In this document: piece after piece, positions 10,131 through 22,052 of the stretch | Position numbering within the stretch: the stretch's first letter is position 1 | How the letters are laid out: every line of letters begins with the position of its first letter | DNA from: Flavobacterium sp. | GTDB taxonomy: Bacteria; Bacteroidota; Bacteroidia; Flavobacteriales; Flavobacteriaceae | Assembly: GCA_012837155.1 (NCBI GenBank) | Contig: CP051546.1 | Location: 897,404-961,403, forward strand | Length of the DNA: 64,000 bases | Direction of reading: 5' to 3' | Notes under the pieces: generated by a model | What the model was told of the DNA's origin: nothing | The model's database searches: none | What the model saw: only the letters and a program-made list of their open reading frames with translations | Made by a program: the position numbers and the translations under genes

Positions 10131-12527
10131 ATGCTTAATATGAAATTAAAAAACAAATTGTTTATATTTGCTCAAACTATTCCAGACTTTAGATTGAACA
10201 GAAAAAAATTACACCCTTCGGAAAATATTGTTTTCATAACCATACTTGCCGTCATATGCGGGGCAGAAACTTGGGAAGAAATTGAAGATTACGGCATTGT
10301 TAAGCGTGAGTTTTTGGAAACTATCTTAGATTTAGAAAACGGGATTCCTTCTCACGACACGTTTAATCGTTTTTTCTCTTTGCTAAAACCCTCTTTTTTC
10401 GAAGAACATTTCGTGTCTTGGATTAAATCAATATCTAACCATTACAAGGGTGTCGTGGCAATTGACGGCAAAACAGTTCGAGGTTCTAAGCAATCTGGAT
10501 TGAAGTCTGCCATTCATTTGGTAAGCGCTTTTTCTACAGAAAACGAAATCTTTTTAGGTCAAATTAAAACAGAAGAGAAATCAAATGAAATTACGGCAAT
10601 CCCAGAACTTTTAAAAGTGTTAGACCTTGAAAATGCTATTGTTACCATAGATGCAATGGGTTGTCAAACAGATATAGCAGAAGTGATTATTGAACAAAAG
10701 GCAGATTATATTTTGGCGGTAAAAGAAAACCAAAAAGAATTATATCAAGATATTGAAAGTGCTTTTTTGATTCCATCAAAAGACAAATCAAAAATTTATA
10801 TAACCGAGGAAGTTGGTAGCGGAAGGGTAGAAAAAAGGACTTGTACTGTGATGGATGATTTGAGTCATTTATTAAATCCAACTAAATGGAATTCATTACA
10901 ATCTATTGCAAAGGTTCTACTGGATATTTTGTGAAAGTTGTAAATTTACAAAATGGAATACGACATCAGAACAATACTAGAGAAAATTATTTTACCCATC
11001 CAAGATGGTTGGAAGTTATCTAAGTTAGATATAAGCGAAGAAAAGCTAGAAGTGCATGTTTATCTTTATTATGAGCCAAAAAAATATAAAATAGGCGATT
11101 TAGAATATGACCTTTATGATGATAGAGCGGAACGTAAATGGCGACATTTAGATTTATGGCAATACAAGACATTTATTTATTGTAATTTGCCAAGATACAA
11201 AGACAGCAATAACAAAGTAAAAACCATCGATGTTCCTTGGGCAGAACCTTATGAGCGGATGACTTGGTTACTTGAAAAAAAACTTTAGACACATTACAAT
11301 GCACTAAAAGTCAGAGTAAAACGGCGAGATTATTAGGCTTAAGTTTTGATCAAGTACATAGAGTAATGCACAATTTTGTTGAACGAGGAATGAGTAAAAG
11401 AAGTGCCGATGATAGATATTATTATTTGAGTATTGATGAAAAATCAGTCTCAAGAGGACATGATTATTTTAGTATTCTATCGGAGGAATCTACAGGAGTA
11501 GTTATAGATGTTGTTGAGGGTAGAACCAAAGAAAGTGTTGACAAACTTTGCAACAAGCTCACTAAAGACCAGCGTGATGAGGTAAAAACGATATGCACAG
11601 ATATGTGGGATGCTTTTATATATGGAGCAAAAACACACTTCGAAAAAGCGATTCATTGCCATGATAATTTTCATTTAGTAGGCTATCTCAACAAAGCCGT
11701 TGATAAAGTCCGAAGAAGAGAAGTTCGTGAGGTAGAAGAATTAAAAAAGACAAAGTACATTTGGTTAAAAGACATCTCTAATATGACTGAAAAACAACGA
11801 ATTATATTTGAATCCATCGACAAAGTGAATTATGAGGTCTCTAAAGCATGGAGAATAAAAGAGAATTTTAGAGACATACAATTTAGGCAGAAAACCAAAG
11901 AAAATGCTTTTTTAATACTAGCAAATTGGAGACGAAGTGCCCTTTATAGTAAGATTCCAGAAATAGTAGAAGTAGTAAAAATGTTCGACAGGCATTTTCA
12001 AGGAATATTAAATGCAATAGTAACAGGCTCTAATAATGCTAGAGCAGAAAGAATAAACGGAGCAATTGAAGAACTAAAACGAATAGGACGTGGATACAGA
12101 AATAAGCAAAATTTCAGAACCGCTATCCTATTTTTTCACGGAGACTTAAATGGCTTTTCACACAAAACCCAGTAGAACCATTGCAAAAATAGAAAGTGAA
12201 AGGTTTATAAAATCAACTGGTAAAACACAGAAATCAACTCGGTTTTATATAACAAGTTTACCTTGTGATGCCAAGAAAATAGCGGATGCTGTTCGTTCAC
12301 ATTGGAAAATTGAAAACAATTTACATTGGCATTTAGACGTTTCCTTTGGAGAAGATAAGAGTAGAAAAAGACATAAAAACGCGGCACAAAATTTTTCGTC
12401 AGTCTTGAAATTATCATTAAAAATACTGCTCAATGAAACAATTAGTCCTGTAAAGAAGAGCGTCAGAAGAAAACGTAAAATAGCAGGTTGGGATAATCAT
12501 TATCTTTTATCTTTGTTCAACTTTTAA
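10131..12527 (+). pseudogene. ISAs1 transposase split by ISL3 insertion
   Basis: Halves 10131-10912 and ~12188-12527 match the intact 373-aa copy at 51089-52210. Confidence 0.92.
10913..12179 (+). mobile_element. ISL3-family IS nested in ISAs1
   Basis: TIR GGTTCTACTGG... / ...CCAGTAGAACC, 8-bp TSD ATTGCAAA. ORFs 10953-11288 and 11366-12175 (RKWRHLD, SIDEKS, CTDMW, RGYRN) join across an A8 run at ~11275. Confidence 0.94.
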
Positions 12528-12567
12528 TGCGTTTGACCTGATGTTTTTTGTGGAGAATTCTAAAAAT

Positions 12568-13536
12568 TTATGAATGGGATGCTTTAAAGGCTTTTAGCTT
12601 TTCAGTTAATCTAGGCACGATGTCAAAAGCATCACCCACGACTCCATAATCGCCCACTTTAAAGAAAGGAGCTTCAGAATCACTATTGATAACGAGTTTT
12701 ACTTTTGAGGAATTGATTCCTGCAATATGTTGTATCGCCCCCGAAATTCCTATGGCAATATATAAATTAGCAGACACGGGTTTTCCTGTTTGTCCCACGT
12801 GTTCAGAATGAGGTCTCCAATCTAAATCAGAAACGGGTTTAGAACAGGCTGTTGCTGCACCAAGAACACGAGCTAATTCTTCAATCATTCCCCAGTTTTC
12901 AGGCCCTTTTAGTCCACGACCTCCAGAAACTACAATATCGGCGTCGGCAATAGAAACTTTTCCCGAAACTTTTTCTACGGATTCTACTTTTATTCCAAAA
13001 TCATTTTCTCCAATGCTTGGATTAAAATCTTCTTCGGTTAAAGTGGATGAGTTTTCGAAAATTCCATAAGAGTTTTTGGCAAGACCAAGAACTTTTATAT
13101 CGGTAGTAATCTCGGTAATATTGAATGCTTTAGTCGAAAAGGCATTTCTTCGAACCTGAAAAGGTGTGGTACTTAGGGGCAGTCCTACTACATTCGAAGC
13201 GAAACCAGCATTTAGTGAAACGGCAACCAAAGACGAAAGATAAATGCTATCGGTAGTCGATGAGAGCAAAATTAATTTTGTGTCTTCTTTTTGCGCAGCT
13301 TGTTTGATGACATCGGCATAAGCTTTTGCAGAAAAACCTGCTAATTTATCGTTCTTAATTTTTAAAACTTTATCGACTCCATATTTTGATAATTCCGAAA
13401 CATCTGTCGTATTTATTGTTATTGCCGTAACGGTAGTTCCTAGTGATTCAGCCACTTTTTTTGCATAAGAAGCTAGTTCGAAAGCTACTTTTCTAAATTT
13501 CCCTTCTGCGGATTCTGCGTATATTAGTATTGACAT
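12568..13536 (-). CDS. etfA: Electron transfer flavoprotein alpha subunit
   Basis: VVSGGRG, VGQTGK, GISGAIQH. Confidence 0.96.
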   Translation of the reverse strand: MSILIYAESAEGKFRKVAFELASYAKKVAESLGTTVTAITINTTDVSELSKYGVDKVLKIKNDKLAGFSAKAYADVIKQAAQKEDTKLILLSSTTDSIYLSSLVAVSLNAGFASNVVGLPLSTTPFQVRRNAFSTKAFNITEITTDIKVLGLAKNSYGIFENSSTLTEEDFNPSIGENDFGIKVESVEKVSGKVSIADADIVVSGGRGLKGPENWGMIEELARVLGAATACSKPVSDLDWRPHSEHVGQTGKPVSANLYIAIGISGAIQHIAGINSSKVKLVINSDSEAPFFKVGDYGVVGDAFDIVPRLTEKLKAFKASHS

Positions 13537-13560
13537 TTTCTGTGATTTAAAGATTTCAAA

Positions 13561-13592
13561 AATTCGTAATTCGTAATTTTTAATTCGTAATT
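13561..13592. repeat. Short intergenic heptamer tandem repeat (AATTCGT)
   Basis: AATTCGT AATTCGT AATTTTT AATTCGT AATT between etfB and etfA. Confidence 0.6.
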
Positions 13593-14337
13593 AAATAACT
13601 TTGGCTTCGTTGTGTAATAAGTTGATTAATTCATCTAAATTGTCAGCAGCTACTAATTTTACGGCCGATTTTGGAGCTGGTTTCTCGAATTTTACGACCT
13701 TGGTATTTATAGGAGCGTCAACAGGTTCTACAACAGTTAGTGTTTTTGTTCTCGCGGTCATAATTCCTCTCATGTTTGGGATGCGTAAATCTTTTTCTTC
13801 GACTAGTCCTTTTTGTCCGCCAATGATTAGCGGTAAAGTTGTCGAAACGGTTTCTCTTCCACCGTCGATTTCGCGAATTGCTTTTACAGTAGTACCATCA
13901 ACAAGTATATCGGTGCAAGAATTCAGAAAATTATATCCAAGAATACCAGCAATCATTCCGGGAACCATTCCGCCGTTATAATCTAATGATTCTTTACCAG
14001 CAATGATGATGTCGTAAGCGCCATTTTTTATAACTTCGGCAAGCTGTTTGGCTACAAAAAAACTATCGCTAGGGTCGGTATTTACACGAATGGCGTCGTT
14101 AGCACCAATAGCTAATGCTTTTCTTAGTGTGGGTTCTGTTTCTGGTCCGCCAACATTGACAACGGTAACTATCGCGCCCTGTTGTTCCTGAAACCAAATG
14201 GCTCTTGTTAAGCCATATTCGTCATTAGGATTGATTACAAATTGCACACCATTAGTGTCAAAAAGAGAATCATTAGCGGTAAAATTAATTTTTGAAGTAG
14301 TATCAGGAACGTGGCTGATGCAAACTAATATTTTCAT
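13591..14337 (-). CDS. etfB: Electron transfer flavoprotein beta subunit
   Basis: MKILVCISHVPDT, INPND, LRKALAIGA, REIDGG. Confidence 0.96.
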   Translation of the reverse strand: MKILVCISHVPDTTSKINFTANDSLFDTNGVQFVINPNDEYGLTRAIWFQEQQGAIVTVVNVGGPETEPTLRKALAIGANDAIRVNTDPSDSFFVAKQLAEVIKNGAYDIIIAGKESLDYNGGMVPGMIAGILGYNFLNSCTDILVDGTTVKAIREIDGGRETVSTTLPLIIGGQKGLVEEKDLRIPNMRGIMTARTKTLTVVEPVDAPINTKVVKFEKPAPKSAVKLVAADNLDELINLLHNEAKVI

Positions 14338-14603
14338 AAGAATGGATTTTTTTTGAAAAATAGGTGCTACAAAATTATGATAATAAATGGAATAACATAT
14401 TATGCACGCATAATATTTTTAAGAACTATATCGATTTCGTTATTTTGATAGAAATGCTATTCTTTCCTCGTTCATAGAAAGCGAAGAAGGATTTAGCGTA
14501 CAGTAAAATAAGCTTCAAGTTATTTTAAACAGAAAGTAGCTTTAAGTGATTTAAAATATTTATTTTTGCGGTTCAAAAATTACAAAGACACAATAATATA
14601 ACT

Positions 14604-15581
14604 ATGAGAACGATACAATTTAGAGAGGCCATTTGCGAAGCGATGAGTGAAGAAATGCGTCGCGACGAGTCAGTTTACTTGATGGGTGAAGAAGTTGCCG
14701 AATATAATGGAGCTTATAAAGCATCGAAAGGAATGCTTGCTGAATTTGGAGAAAAAAGAGTCATTGATACACCAATTGCTGAACTTGGTTTTACAGGAAT
14801 TGCAGTGGGTTCTGCCATGAACGGTTGCAGACCAATTGTTGAGTATATGACTTTCAATTTTTGTCTAGTTGGTATTGACCAAATTATAAATAATGCAGCC
14901 AAAATGCGTCAAATGACAGGCGGACAATTTAATGTTCCTATCGTTTTTCGTGGACCAACCGCTTCGGCAGGTCAACTTGGAGCAACGCATTCGCAGGCTT
15001 TGGAAAACTGGTTTGCCAATACGCCAGGTTTAAAAGTAATTGTTCCGTCAACGGTTTATGATGCCAAAGGCTTACTAAAATCGGCTATTCGTGATAATGA
15101 CCCAGTTATTTTTATGGAATCAGAACAAATGTATGGCGATAAAGGCGAAGTTCCAGAGGGCGAATATACAATTCCAATTGGGGTTGCCGATATTAAACGC
15201 GAAGGGAACGATGTGACTATCGTATCTTTTGGAAAAATTATAAAAGAAGCTTTTATTGCTGCTGATGAATTGGCCAAAGAAGGAATTTCTTGTGAAATTA
15301 TCGATTTAAGAACGGTACGTCCTATGGATAATGAAGCGATTCTAACTTCGGTTCGAAAAACAAATAGATTGGTAATTCTTGAGGAAGCTTGGCCTTTTGC
15401 AAGTGTTTCTTCGGAGATTACTTATATGGTTCAAGAACGCGCTTTTGATTTTCTTGATGCTCCAATTCAACGTATTACTACTGCCGATACGCCTGCGCCA
15501 TATTCTCCGGTTTTACTTAAAGAATGGTTGCCTAATTCTAACGACGTAGTAAAAGCGGTTAAAAAAGTGATGTATAAATAA
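14604..15581 (+). CDS. pdhB: Pyruvate dehydrogenase E1 beta subunit
   Basis: GEEVAEYNGAYK, DTPIAE, ATHSQ. Confidence 0.95.
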   Translation: MRTIQFREAICEAMSEEMRRDESVYLMGEEVAEYNGAYKASKGMLAEFGEKRVIDTPIAELGFTGIAVGSAMNGCRPIVEYMTFNFCLVGIDQIINNAAKMRQMTGGQFNVPIVFRGPTASAGQLGATHSQALENWFANTPGLKVIVPSTVYDAKGLLKSAIRDNDPVIFMESEQMYGDKGEVPEGEYTIPIGVADIKREGNDVTIVSFGKIIKEAFIAADELAKEGISCEIIDLRTVRPMDNEAILTSVRKTNRLVILEEAWPFASVSSEITYMVQERAFDFLDAPIQRITTADTPAPYSPVLLKEWLPNSNDVVKAVKKVMYK

Positions 15582-15648
15582 AGGTGTTAAATTTTTCTGA
15601 ATATTAGAAACAATAAAAATCTAATACATAAGAAATGAACTAAATTTG

Positions 15649-15687
15649 AAACTTCATCGAATGCTTATATTTGATGAAGTTTTTTTT
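15649..15687 (+). terminator. Intrinsic terminator after pdhB
   Basis: AAACTTCATC...GATGAAGTTTTTTTT hairpin plus U-tract. Confidence 0.6.
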
Positions 15688-15692
15688 GGATT

Positions 15693-18178
15693 ATGAAGAA
15701 AATTATTTTATTCCGTTTGTTGTTTTTAGTTGCTTTTGCCAATGCCATTTTTGCGCAAACAAAAGTAAGCGGTATTATTATAGACAAGTCTAAGAATCCC
15801 GTGCCTTTTGCCAATGTCGCTTTTAAGAATTCGAATGAAGGGGTTGTGTCTAACGAAGATGGGCGTTTTTATCTTGAGTCTGCAAAAACCTATCAAACAC
15901 TCGTGGTAACATCGGTAGGATTTTCGGATAAAGAAATCACATTAGAAAAGGCAGTCAATTACAATTTTACAGTTCAGTTAAGCGAAATAGAAAAATTGAA
16001 TGAGGTTGTAATTTTTAGCGGAAAAACGTCAAAAAAGAATAATCCTGCACTTGATATTCTTAGAAAAATTTGGGAAAGAAAACGCAAGAATGGTTTGCAC
16101 TTATTCCATCAATACCAAATGGAAAAGTATGAGAAAGTGGAGTTTGATATGAATACCATTGATAGTGCTTTTATGAAAAGTAAGATTTTCAAGGGAATGG
16201 AATTTATATTTAAACAAGTAGATACGTCAAGAGTTACGGGGAAAACATATTTACCTATTTTTATTAATGAATCCCTGTCAGATGTTTATGGGGACAATAA
16301 TTTAAAAAAAACAAAGGAAATACTGAAGGCCAATAAAAATTCTGGATTTAGCAGCAATCAGCAAATTTTGGCTTTTGTAAAAGATTTGTATTCAGAGTAT
16401 GATATTTATGACAATCATTTAACTTTTTTGACAAAAGTTTTACGAGTCCCTTGTCTAAAACAGGAATTGATACTTATAATTATGTGTTGAGAGATAGTGC
16501 TTTTATTGGAAAAAAATGGTGCTACAACATTATTTTTTATCCAAGGCGAAAAAACGAATTGACATTCAAAGGCGATTTTTGGGTTAATGACACCACTTTT
16601 GCCATAAAAAGCCTCAACATGGCAGCCACCAAAAGCGCCAATATTAACTGGATAAAAGACATTTATATCGAACAGGAATTTGATGTTTTAAATGATTCTG
16701 TTTTTCTTTTAACTAAGGATTATATGATGTCGGATTTTGCGTTAAACAAAAAAGAAAAATCCAAAGGCGTCTATGGCAAGCGAACCACTTTTTATCAAAA
16801 TCATCAATTCAACAACGAGAAACCTGTTTCTTTTTATAAAGAAGAGGTAAACTATAATAATGATGAGATTTATAAAAAATCAGATGAATACTGGCACAAG
16901 AACCGATTTGAAAATCTAAGCAAAGATGAGCTGGGAGTGTATAAAATGCTAGACACATTGAAGACAGTCAGGAAATTCAAGCAATTGTATAATTTAGTTT
17001 CTATTCTTGGGACGGGTTATGCACAATTTGGACATTTCGATTATGGACCTATTTTTTCCTCATTTGGAGTAAATGAAGTCGAAGGATTACGGCTGCGAGT
17101 AGGGGGAAGAACTTTTTTTAGTCCTGATGATGCTTGGCGACTACAAGGCTATACTGCTTATGGTTTTGGGGATAATAAACTGAAGTATGGACTTTCTGGA
17201 AAATGGATGATGAACAAGGCAAATAGAATTATTTTGTCTGGCGGAAATAGGAGGGACATAGAGCAAATTGGCGCAAGCCTGACGACAACGAATGACGTTT
17301 TAGGAAGAAGTTTTGCTTCTTCGGCTTTGTTTACAACGGGTAGCAACGGGAAATTGACAAATATTAATTTGAGTAATGTTGCTCTCGAAATAGAACCTGT
17401 AAAGAATTTGACTTTTCAAACGGGATTTTCGTATCGAACCTTAGTATCGGCTTCGCCAAGTTTTAGCTTGGATTATTATATTGATCAGGCAAGAACGATT
17501 ACTAAAAGAGATGTAAAACAGTCAGAAGTGAATTTGCAAGTAGAGTACACGCCTAACCGAAAAGCGATTGGTTTTGGGGTCGAAAGAAATTTTGTAGACA
17601 GTCCGTATACTCGATTATTTGTTAATTATAGTCACGGATTTAAAGGGTTGCTCAATAGTGATTTTAAATATGAAAAAGTGCAATTATATTACAAGCAGCC
17701 CATCATTATTGGTCCGTTGGGTCGCACGAATGTTATTGTAGAATTAGGAAAAACTTTTGGCACAATTCCTTTGGGATTGATGAGTGTTATTCCGGGGAAT
17801 CAAACTTATTTTTCTATTGATAACACTTTTAGCAATCTAAATTTTTATGAGTTTGTCACAGATCAATATGCCACGTTGCAATGGAATCATAATTTTGGTG
17901 GGAGACTTTTTTCTAGAATTCCATTCATGCGAAAACTCAATTGGAGAGAAATTATTGGAATTAAAGGAGTTTACGGAACGATTTCGGATGCGAATCGAGC
18001 AATAAATGCTTCTGGATTGGTTTATAGAGCACCAGAAACCCCTTATTGGGAATATAGTGCGGGAATAGGAAATATTTTTAAGGTTTTTAGGATAGATTTT
18101 GCTTGGAGAGGAAATTATTTAAATATACCAGATACCCAAAAATTTTCTGTAAAAGGGTCATTCGGGTTTTATTTTTAA
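15693..18178 (+). CDS. Carboxypeptidase-regulatory-like + DUF5686 outer-membrane protein (one frameshift at ~16425)
   Basis: ORFs 15693-16490 and 16451-18178 join at a T6 run (expected LTFFDKSF). Signal peptide and C-terminal aromatic F-Y-F. Confidence 0.82.
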
Positions 18179-18180
18179 AT

Positions 18181-18538
18181 GTGATGACATTAAAAAAGAT
18201 ACTCAATATATTCGAGTTTTATAAAAGTATTGTATTTATTGATTTAATAGTTTCAACAGTTGCTTCTATACCATTTGGAGTAGAGACGGGATTAGTTGTG
18301 TTTATGTCAATGGGATTTTTGTTGAGCATTTTTATTTTTGAAATTCGCAATAAGAAACAATCAATTAATCATTTCCAATTCTAAAAATAAAGGAATTATA
18401 ATTACAGATCATAATTATCTAAATGTGATTAAGGTTTCCAATAGATTAATTTTGATGAAAGCTGGTGCAATGTATAATCTAAAGAATAAATCGGAGCTAA
18501 TCAGTCATGGTTATCTTAGCGAAAATGTGGTTTTATAA
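18181..18538 (+). pseudogene. Remnant: membrane-protein N-terminus fused to C-terminal fragment of an ABC ATPase
   Basis: KGIIITDHNY...SNRLILMKAG is an ABC H-loop region with no Walker A/B upstream. Preceded by a short hydrophobic ORF. Confidence 0.6.
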
Positions 18539-18714
18539 AGATTTCATTTTTGAGGTTAAGTTTTGTATTTATAAAGCGAATGATATAAATCGAGTTTTTT
18601 CTCATTAGGAGGTTCTTTGTTAAAATTTAATTAGGAGATAAGGTTGTATTTTTATTGTAAAACCGCATGATTTGCGTACTTTTGCGGTCTTAAAATTTAG
18701 AAAATAAAAATAGA

Positions 18715-19245
18715 ATGACAGCAGCTAAATTAAAATCTTTCGATGTTTTAATCGAAATACCAAGAGGAAGTAGAAATAAATATGAATACGATTTCGAGAT
18801 AAAAAGAATGCGTTTCGATAGGATGTTATTCTCATCGATGATGTATCCAGCCGATTACGGATTCATCCCAGAAACATTAGCTTTAGACGGAGATCCATTG
18901 GATGTATTGGTTTTGGTAAACGAACCTACCTTTCCGGGCTGTGTTATGGAGGTAAAACCAATTGGAGTTTTTCACATGGCAGACGATAAAGGACCAGACG
19001 AAAAAATAATTTGTGTGCCAGTTTCTGATCCCATTTGGAACTCGTTAAATAATCTTTCGGATATTAATCCCCATTTATTAAAAGAGATAGAGCATTTCTT
19101 TTTGGTTTATAAAGATCTTGAGAATAAAGTTGTAGATGTAGAAGGTTGGGGAGATTTAAGCGAAGCTCATGCGATTATCACTGAATGTACGGAGCGTTTT
19201 AATCAAATCCCGAACAAACTAGAGGGGTTATTTAGTATAAAGTAA
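18715..19245 (+). CDS. ppa: Family I soluble inorganic pyrophosphatase
   Basis: YPADYGFIP, DGDPLDVL. Confidence 0.96.
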   Translation: MTAAKLKSFDVLIEIPRGSRNKYEYDFEIKRMRFDRMLFSSMMYPADYGFIPETLALDGDPLDVLVLVNEPTFPGCVMEVKPIGVFHMADDKGPDEKIICVPVSDPIWNSLNNLSDINPHLLKEIEHFFLVYKDLENKVVDVEGWGDLSEAHAIITECTERFNQIPNKLEGLFSIK

Positions 19246-19263
19246 ATTTTTTTTAAAATAAAT

Positions 19264-19299
19264 AAGAAAGCAATATTCAGAAATGGATATTGCTTTTTT
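19264..19299 (+). terminator. Intrinsic terminator after ppa
   Basis: AAAGCAATAT...ATATTGCTTTTTT. Confidence 0.65.
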
Positions 19300-19355
19300 A
19301 TTTGTTGCGGTTTAGTTACATTTGCAACCAATTATTAATAACCAACAAGTAGAAT

Positions 19356-21917
19356 ATGAATACAATAATGATTTATGTGCCAATAGTTATGGCATTAATT
19401 GGACTAGCTTTTATGGCTTTTAAAAAAGCTTGGGTCTTAAAGCAAAATGCTGGCGATGGGAAAATGGCAGCCATTTCAGAACATATTTATGAAGGAGCAT
19501 TGGCTTTCCTTAAAGCAGAATATAGGTTATTGTCTGTATTTGTGGTTTTGGCAAGTGTTGTTTTGGCTGGAATTACTTTTTTACCAGGCGTTAAAACAGA
19601 TATATTAATCGTTGTTGCTTTTGTTTTTGGCGCATTTTTCTCGGCTTTGGCTGGAAACATGGGAATGAAAATTGCAACAAAAACTAACGTTAGAACCACA
19701 CAAGCCGCTCGTACCAGTTTGCCACAAGCACTAAAAGTGTCTTTCGGTGGAGGAACGGTAATGGGATTAGGCGTTGCAGGTTTGGCTGTTTTAGGTTTGA
19801 CAGGATTCTTCGTTATCTTATATAATTTATTTATGGGAGGTGTTTGGACTACTACCGAAGACATGACTAAAGTTCTTGAAACATTGGCGGGATTTTCTCT
19901 TGGAGCTGAATCTATCGCTTTGTTTGCGAGAGTTGGTGGTGGTATTTATACTAAAGCTGCCGATGTTGGAGCGGATTTAGTAGGTAAAGTTGAGGCTGGA
20001 ATTCCAGAAGACGACCCGAGAAATCCTGCTACAATCGCAGATAACGTTGGGGATAACGTGGGTGACGTTGCAGGAATGGGTGCTGATTTATTTGGTTCCT
20101 ACGTAGCAACGGTTCTTGCTGCAATGGTTCTTGGAAATTATGTGATTAAAGATATGGGTGGAAGTATTCAAGATGCCTTTGGTGGAATTGGGCCTATTTT
20201 ATTGCCAATGTCAATTGCAGGTTTCGGAATATTGTTTTCTATCATTGGAACAATGGTTGTAAAAATATCGGATGATAACGCTAAAGAGGCTCAGGTGCAA
20301 AAAGCATTAAATATTGGAAACTGGATTTCTATTGCTTTAACGGCTGTTGCTTGTTATCTTTTAGTGCAATATATGTTGCCTGCAACGATGAAAATGAGTT
20401 TCTTCGGTGAAGGATTAAAAGAAATTTCTTCGATGAGGGTTTTTTATGCAACAATCGTAGGATTAGTGGTTGGTGGGGTTATCTCATCGGTAACGGAGTA
20501 TTATACAGGATTGGGTACAAAACCAGTTTTAGCAATCGTACAAAAATCGTCAACTGGAGCGGGAACTAATGTAATTGCTGGTTTGGCAACTGGGATGATT
20601 TCTACTTTTCCAACAGTATTATTATTTGCTGCTGCGATTTGGACTTCTTATGCTTTTGCAGGTTTCTACGGAGTAGCTTTGGCGGCTTCTGCTATGATGG
20701 CAACAACGGCAATGCAATTAGCAATCGACGCTTTTGGGCCAATTTCGGATAATGCTGGTGGTATTGCTGAAATGAGCGAATTACCAAAAGAAGTTCGTAC
20801 ACGTACCGATATTTTGGATTCAGTTGGTAACACAACTGCTGCAACAGGAAAAGGTTTTGCCATCGCTTCGGCGGCATTAACATCCTTAGCTTTATTTGCT
20901 GCTTATGTAACTTTTACAGGAATCGACGGAATCAATATTTTTAAAGCACCAGTTTTAGCGATGTTATTTGTGGGCGGAATGATACCGGTTGTTTTTTCAG
21001 CATTGGCAATGAACTCTGTTGGAAAAGCTGCAATGGATATGGTATATGAAGTACGTCGTCAGTTCAAGGAAATTCCAGGAATTATGGAAGGAACTGGAAA
21101 ACCAGAATACGCTAAATGTGTTGATATTTCTACTAAAGCCGCTTTGCGTGAAATGATGTTACCGGGAGTTTTGACTATTGGTTTTCCAATTGCAATTGTA
21201 CTTTTAGGAAAATTAGTTTACGGAGATAACAATCAATTAATCGCCGAAATGTTAGGTGGATATATGGCTGGAGTTACTGTTTCTGGAGTGCTTTGGGCAA
21301 TTTTTCAAAACAATGCTGGTGGTGCTTGGGATAATGCAAAAAAATCCTTTGAAGCTGGCGTTATGATTAATGGAGAAATGACATATAAAGGTTCTGATGC
21401 GCATAAAGCAGCCGTAACCGGAGATACTGTTGGAGATCCATTCAAAGATACTTCTGGGCCATCAATGAATATTTTGATTAAATTAACTTGTTTAATTGGA
21501 TTAGTAATCGCTCCAATTTTAGGAAACGGAGTGGAGACAAAAGAAATTCCTCATTGTTCTATGCCAGTTAAGGAAATGAAATGCTCTGGTGAAATGATGG
21601 GCAAATGCGATATGAGCAAATGTGCTACCATGACTAAAGAAGAATGTGCTGCTATGTGTGATTCTTTAAAATGTACTCCAGAACAAAAAGAAATGTGCTT
21701 GTCGCATTATGATGCAAACGGAAAATTTGTTGCGCCAACAGCTGAAAAAGTATGTTGTGCTAAAACAACAACAGAAAAAAATGTTAAAGTTGAAATTACA
21801 AATACTGACGGAAGAGCAAAGGCAACGGTGATCACTTCTGAAAACGGGAAAGTAAATGCTCAAATTTTTGAAGGTTCATTAGAAGAAGTGAAAGCTAAAG
21901 TAGAAAATTTGAAATAG
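19356..21917 (+). CDS. hppA: K+-dependent membrane pyrophosphatase (Na+ or H+ pumping) with Cys-rich C-terminal extension
   Basis: [45 protein letters not shown] (Ala) marks the K+-dependent class. Confidence 0.94.
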   Translation: MNTIMIYVPIVMALIGLAFMAFKKAWVLKQNAGDGKMAAISEHIYEGALAFLKAEYRLLSVFVVLASVVLAGITFLPGVKTDILIVVAFVFGAFFSALAGNMGMKIATKTNVRTTQAARTSLPQALKVSFGGGTVMGLGVAGLAVLGLTGFFVILYNLFMGGVWTTTEDMTKVLETLAGFSLGAESIALFARVGGGIYTKAADVGADLVGKVEAGIPEDDPRNPATIADNVGDNVGDVAGMGADLFGSYVATVLAAMVLGNYVIKDMGGSIQDAFGGIGPILLPMSIAGFGILFSIIGTMVVKISDDNAKEAQVQKALNIGNWISIALTAVACYLLVQYMLPATMKMSFFGEGLKEISSMRVFYATIVGLVVGGVISSVTEYYTGLGTKPVLAIVQKSSTGAGTNVIAGLATGMISTFPTVLLFAAAIWTSYAFAGFYGVALAASAMMATTAMQLAIDAFGPISDNAGGIAEMSELPKEVRTRTDILDSVGNTTAATGKGFAIASAALTSLALFAAYVTFTGIDGINIFKAPVLAMLFVGGMIPVVFSALAMNSVGKAAMDMVYEVRRQFKEIPGIMEGTGKPEYAKCVDISTKAALREMMLPGVLTIGFPIAIVLLGKLVYGDNNQLIAEMLGGYMAGVTVSGVLWAIFQNNAGGAWDNAKKSFEAGVMINGEMTYKGSDAHKAAVTGDTVGDPFKDTSGPSMNILIKLTCLIGLVIAPILGNGVETKEIPHCSMPVKEMKCSGEMMGKCDMSKCATMTKEECAAMCDSLKCTPEQKEMCLSHYDANGKFVAPTAEKVCCAKTTTEKNVKVEITNTDGRAKATVITSENGKVNAQIFEGSLEEVKAKVENLK

Positions 21918-21940
21918 AGACTTTGTTTCTAAAGCATATT

Positions 21941-21973
21941 AAAATGCCTCGCAGATTTTGCGAGGCATTTTTT
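21941..21973. terminator. Bidirectional intrinsic terminator
   Basis: AAAATGCCTCGCA...TGCGAGGCATTTTTT. Confidence 0.8.
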
Positions 21974-22052
21974 GTATGGGCAGTTTTAAAATCTTAACCT
22001 AAGGATTTTTAGGCTTTGTATTACATCCTAAATCTTAGAAAAAGGACAGGTG

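Larger units (their letters stand above)
10010..12540 (+). mobile_element. ISAs1-family IS, copy 1, interrupted by ISL3
   Basis: 19-bp perfect TIR CAGGTCAAACGCATTAAAA, 9-bp TSD ATGTTTTTT (10001-10009 / 12541-12549). Transposase motifs GIPSHDT, IDGK, KSNEI, HWKIEN. Confidence 0.96.
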
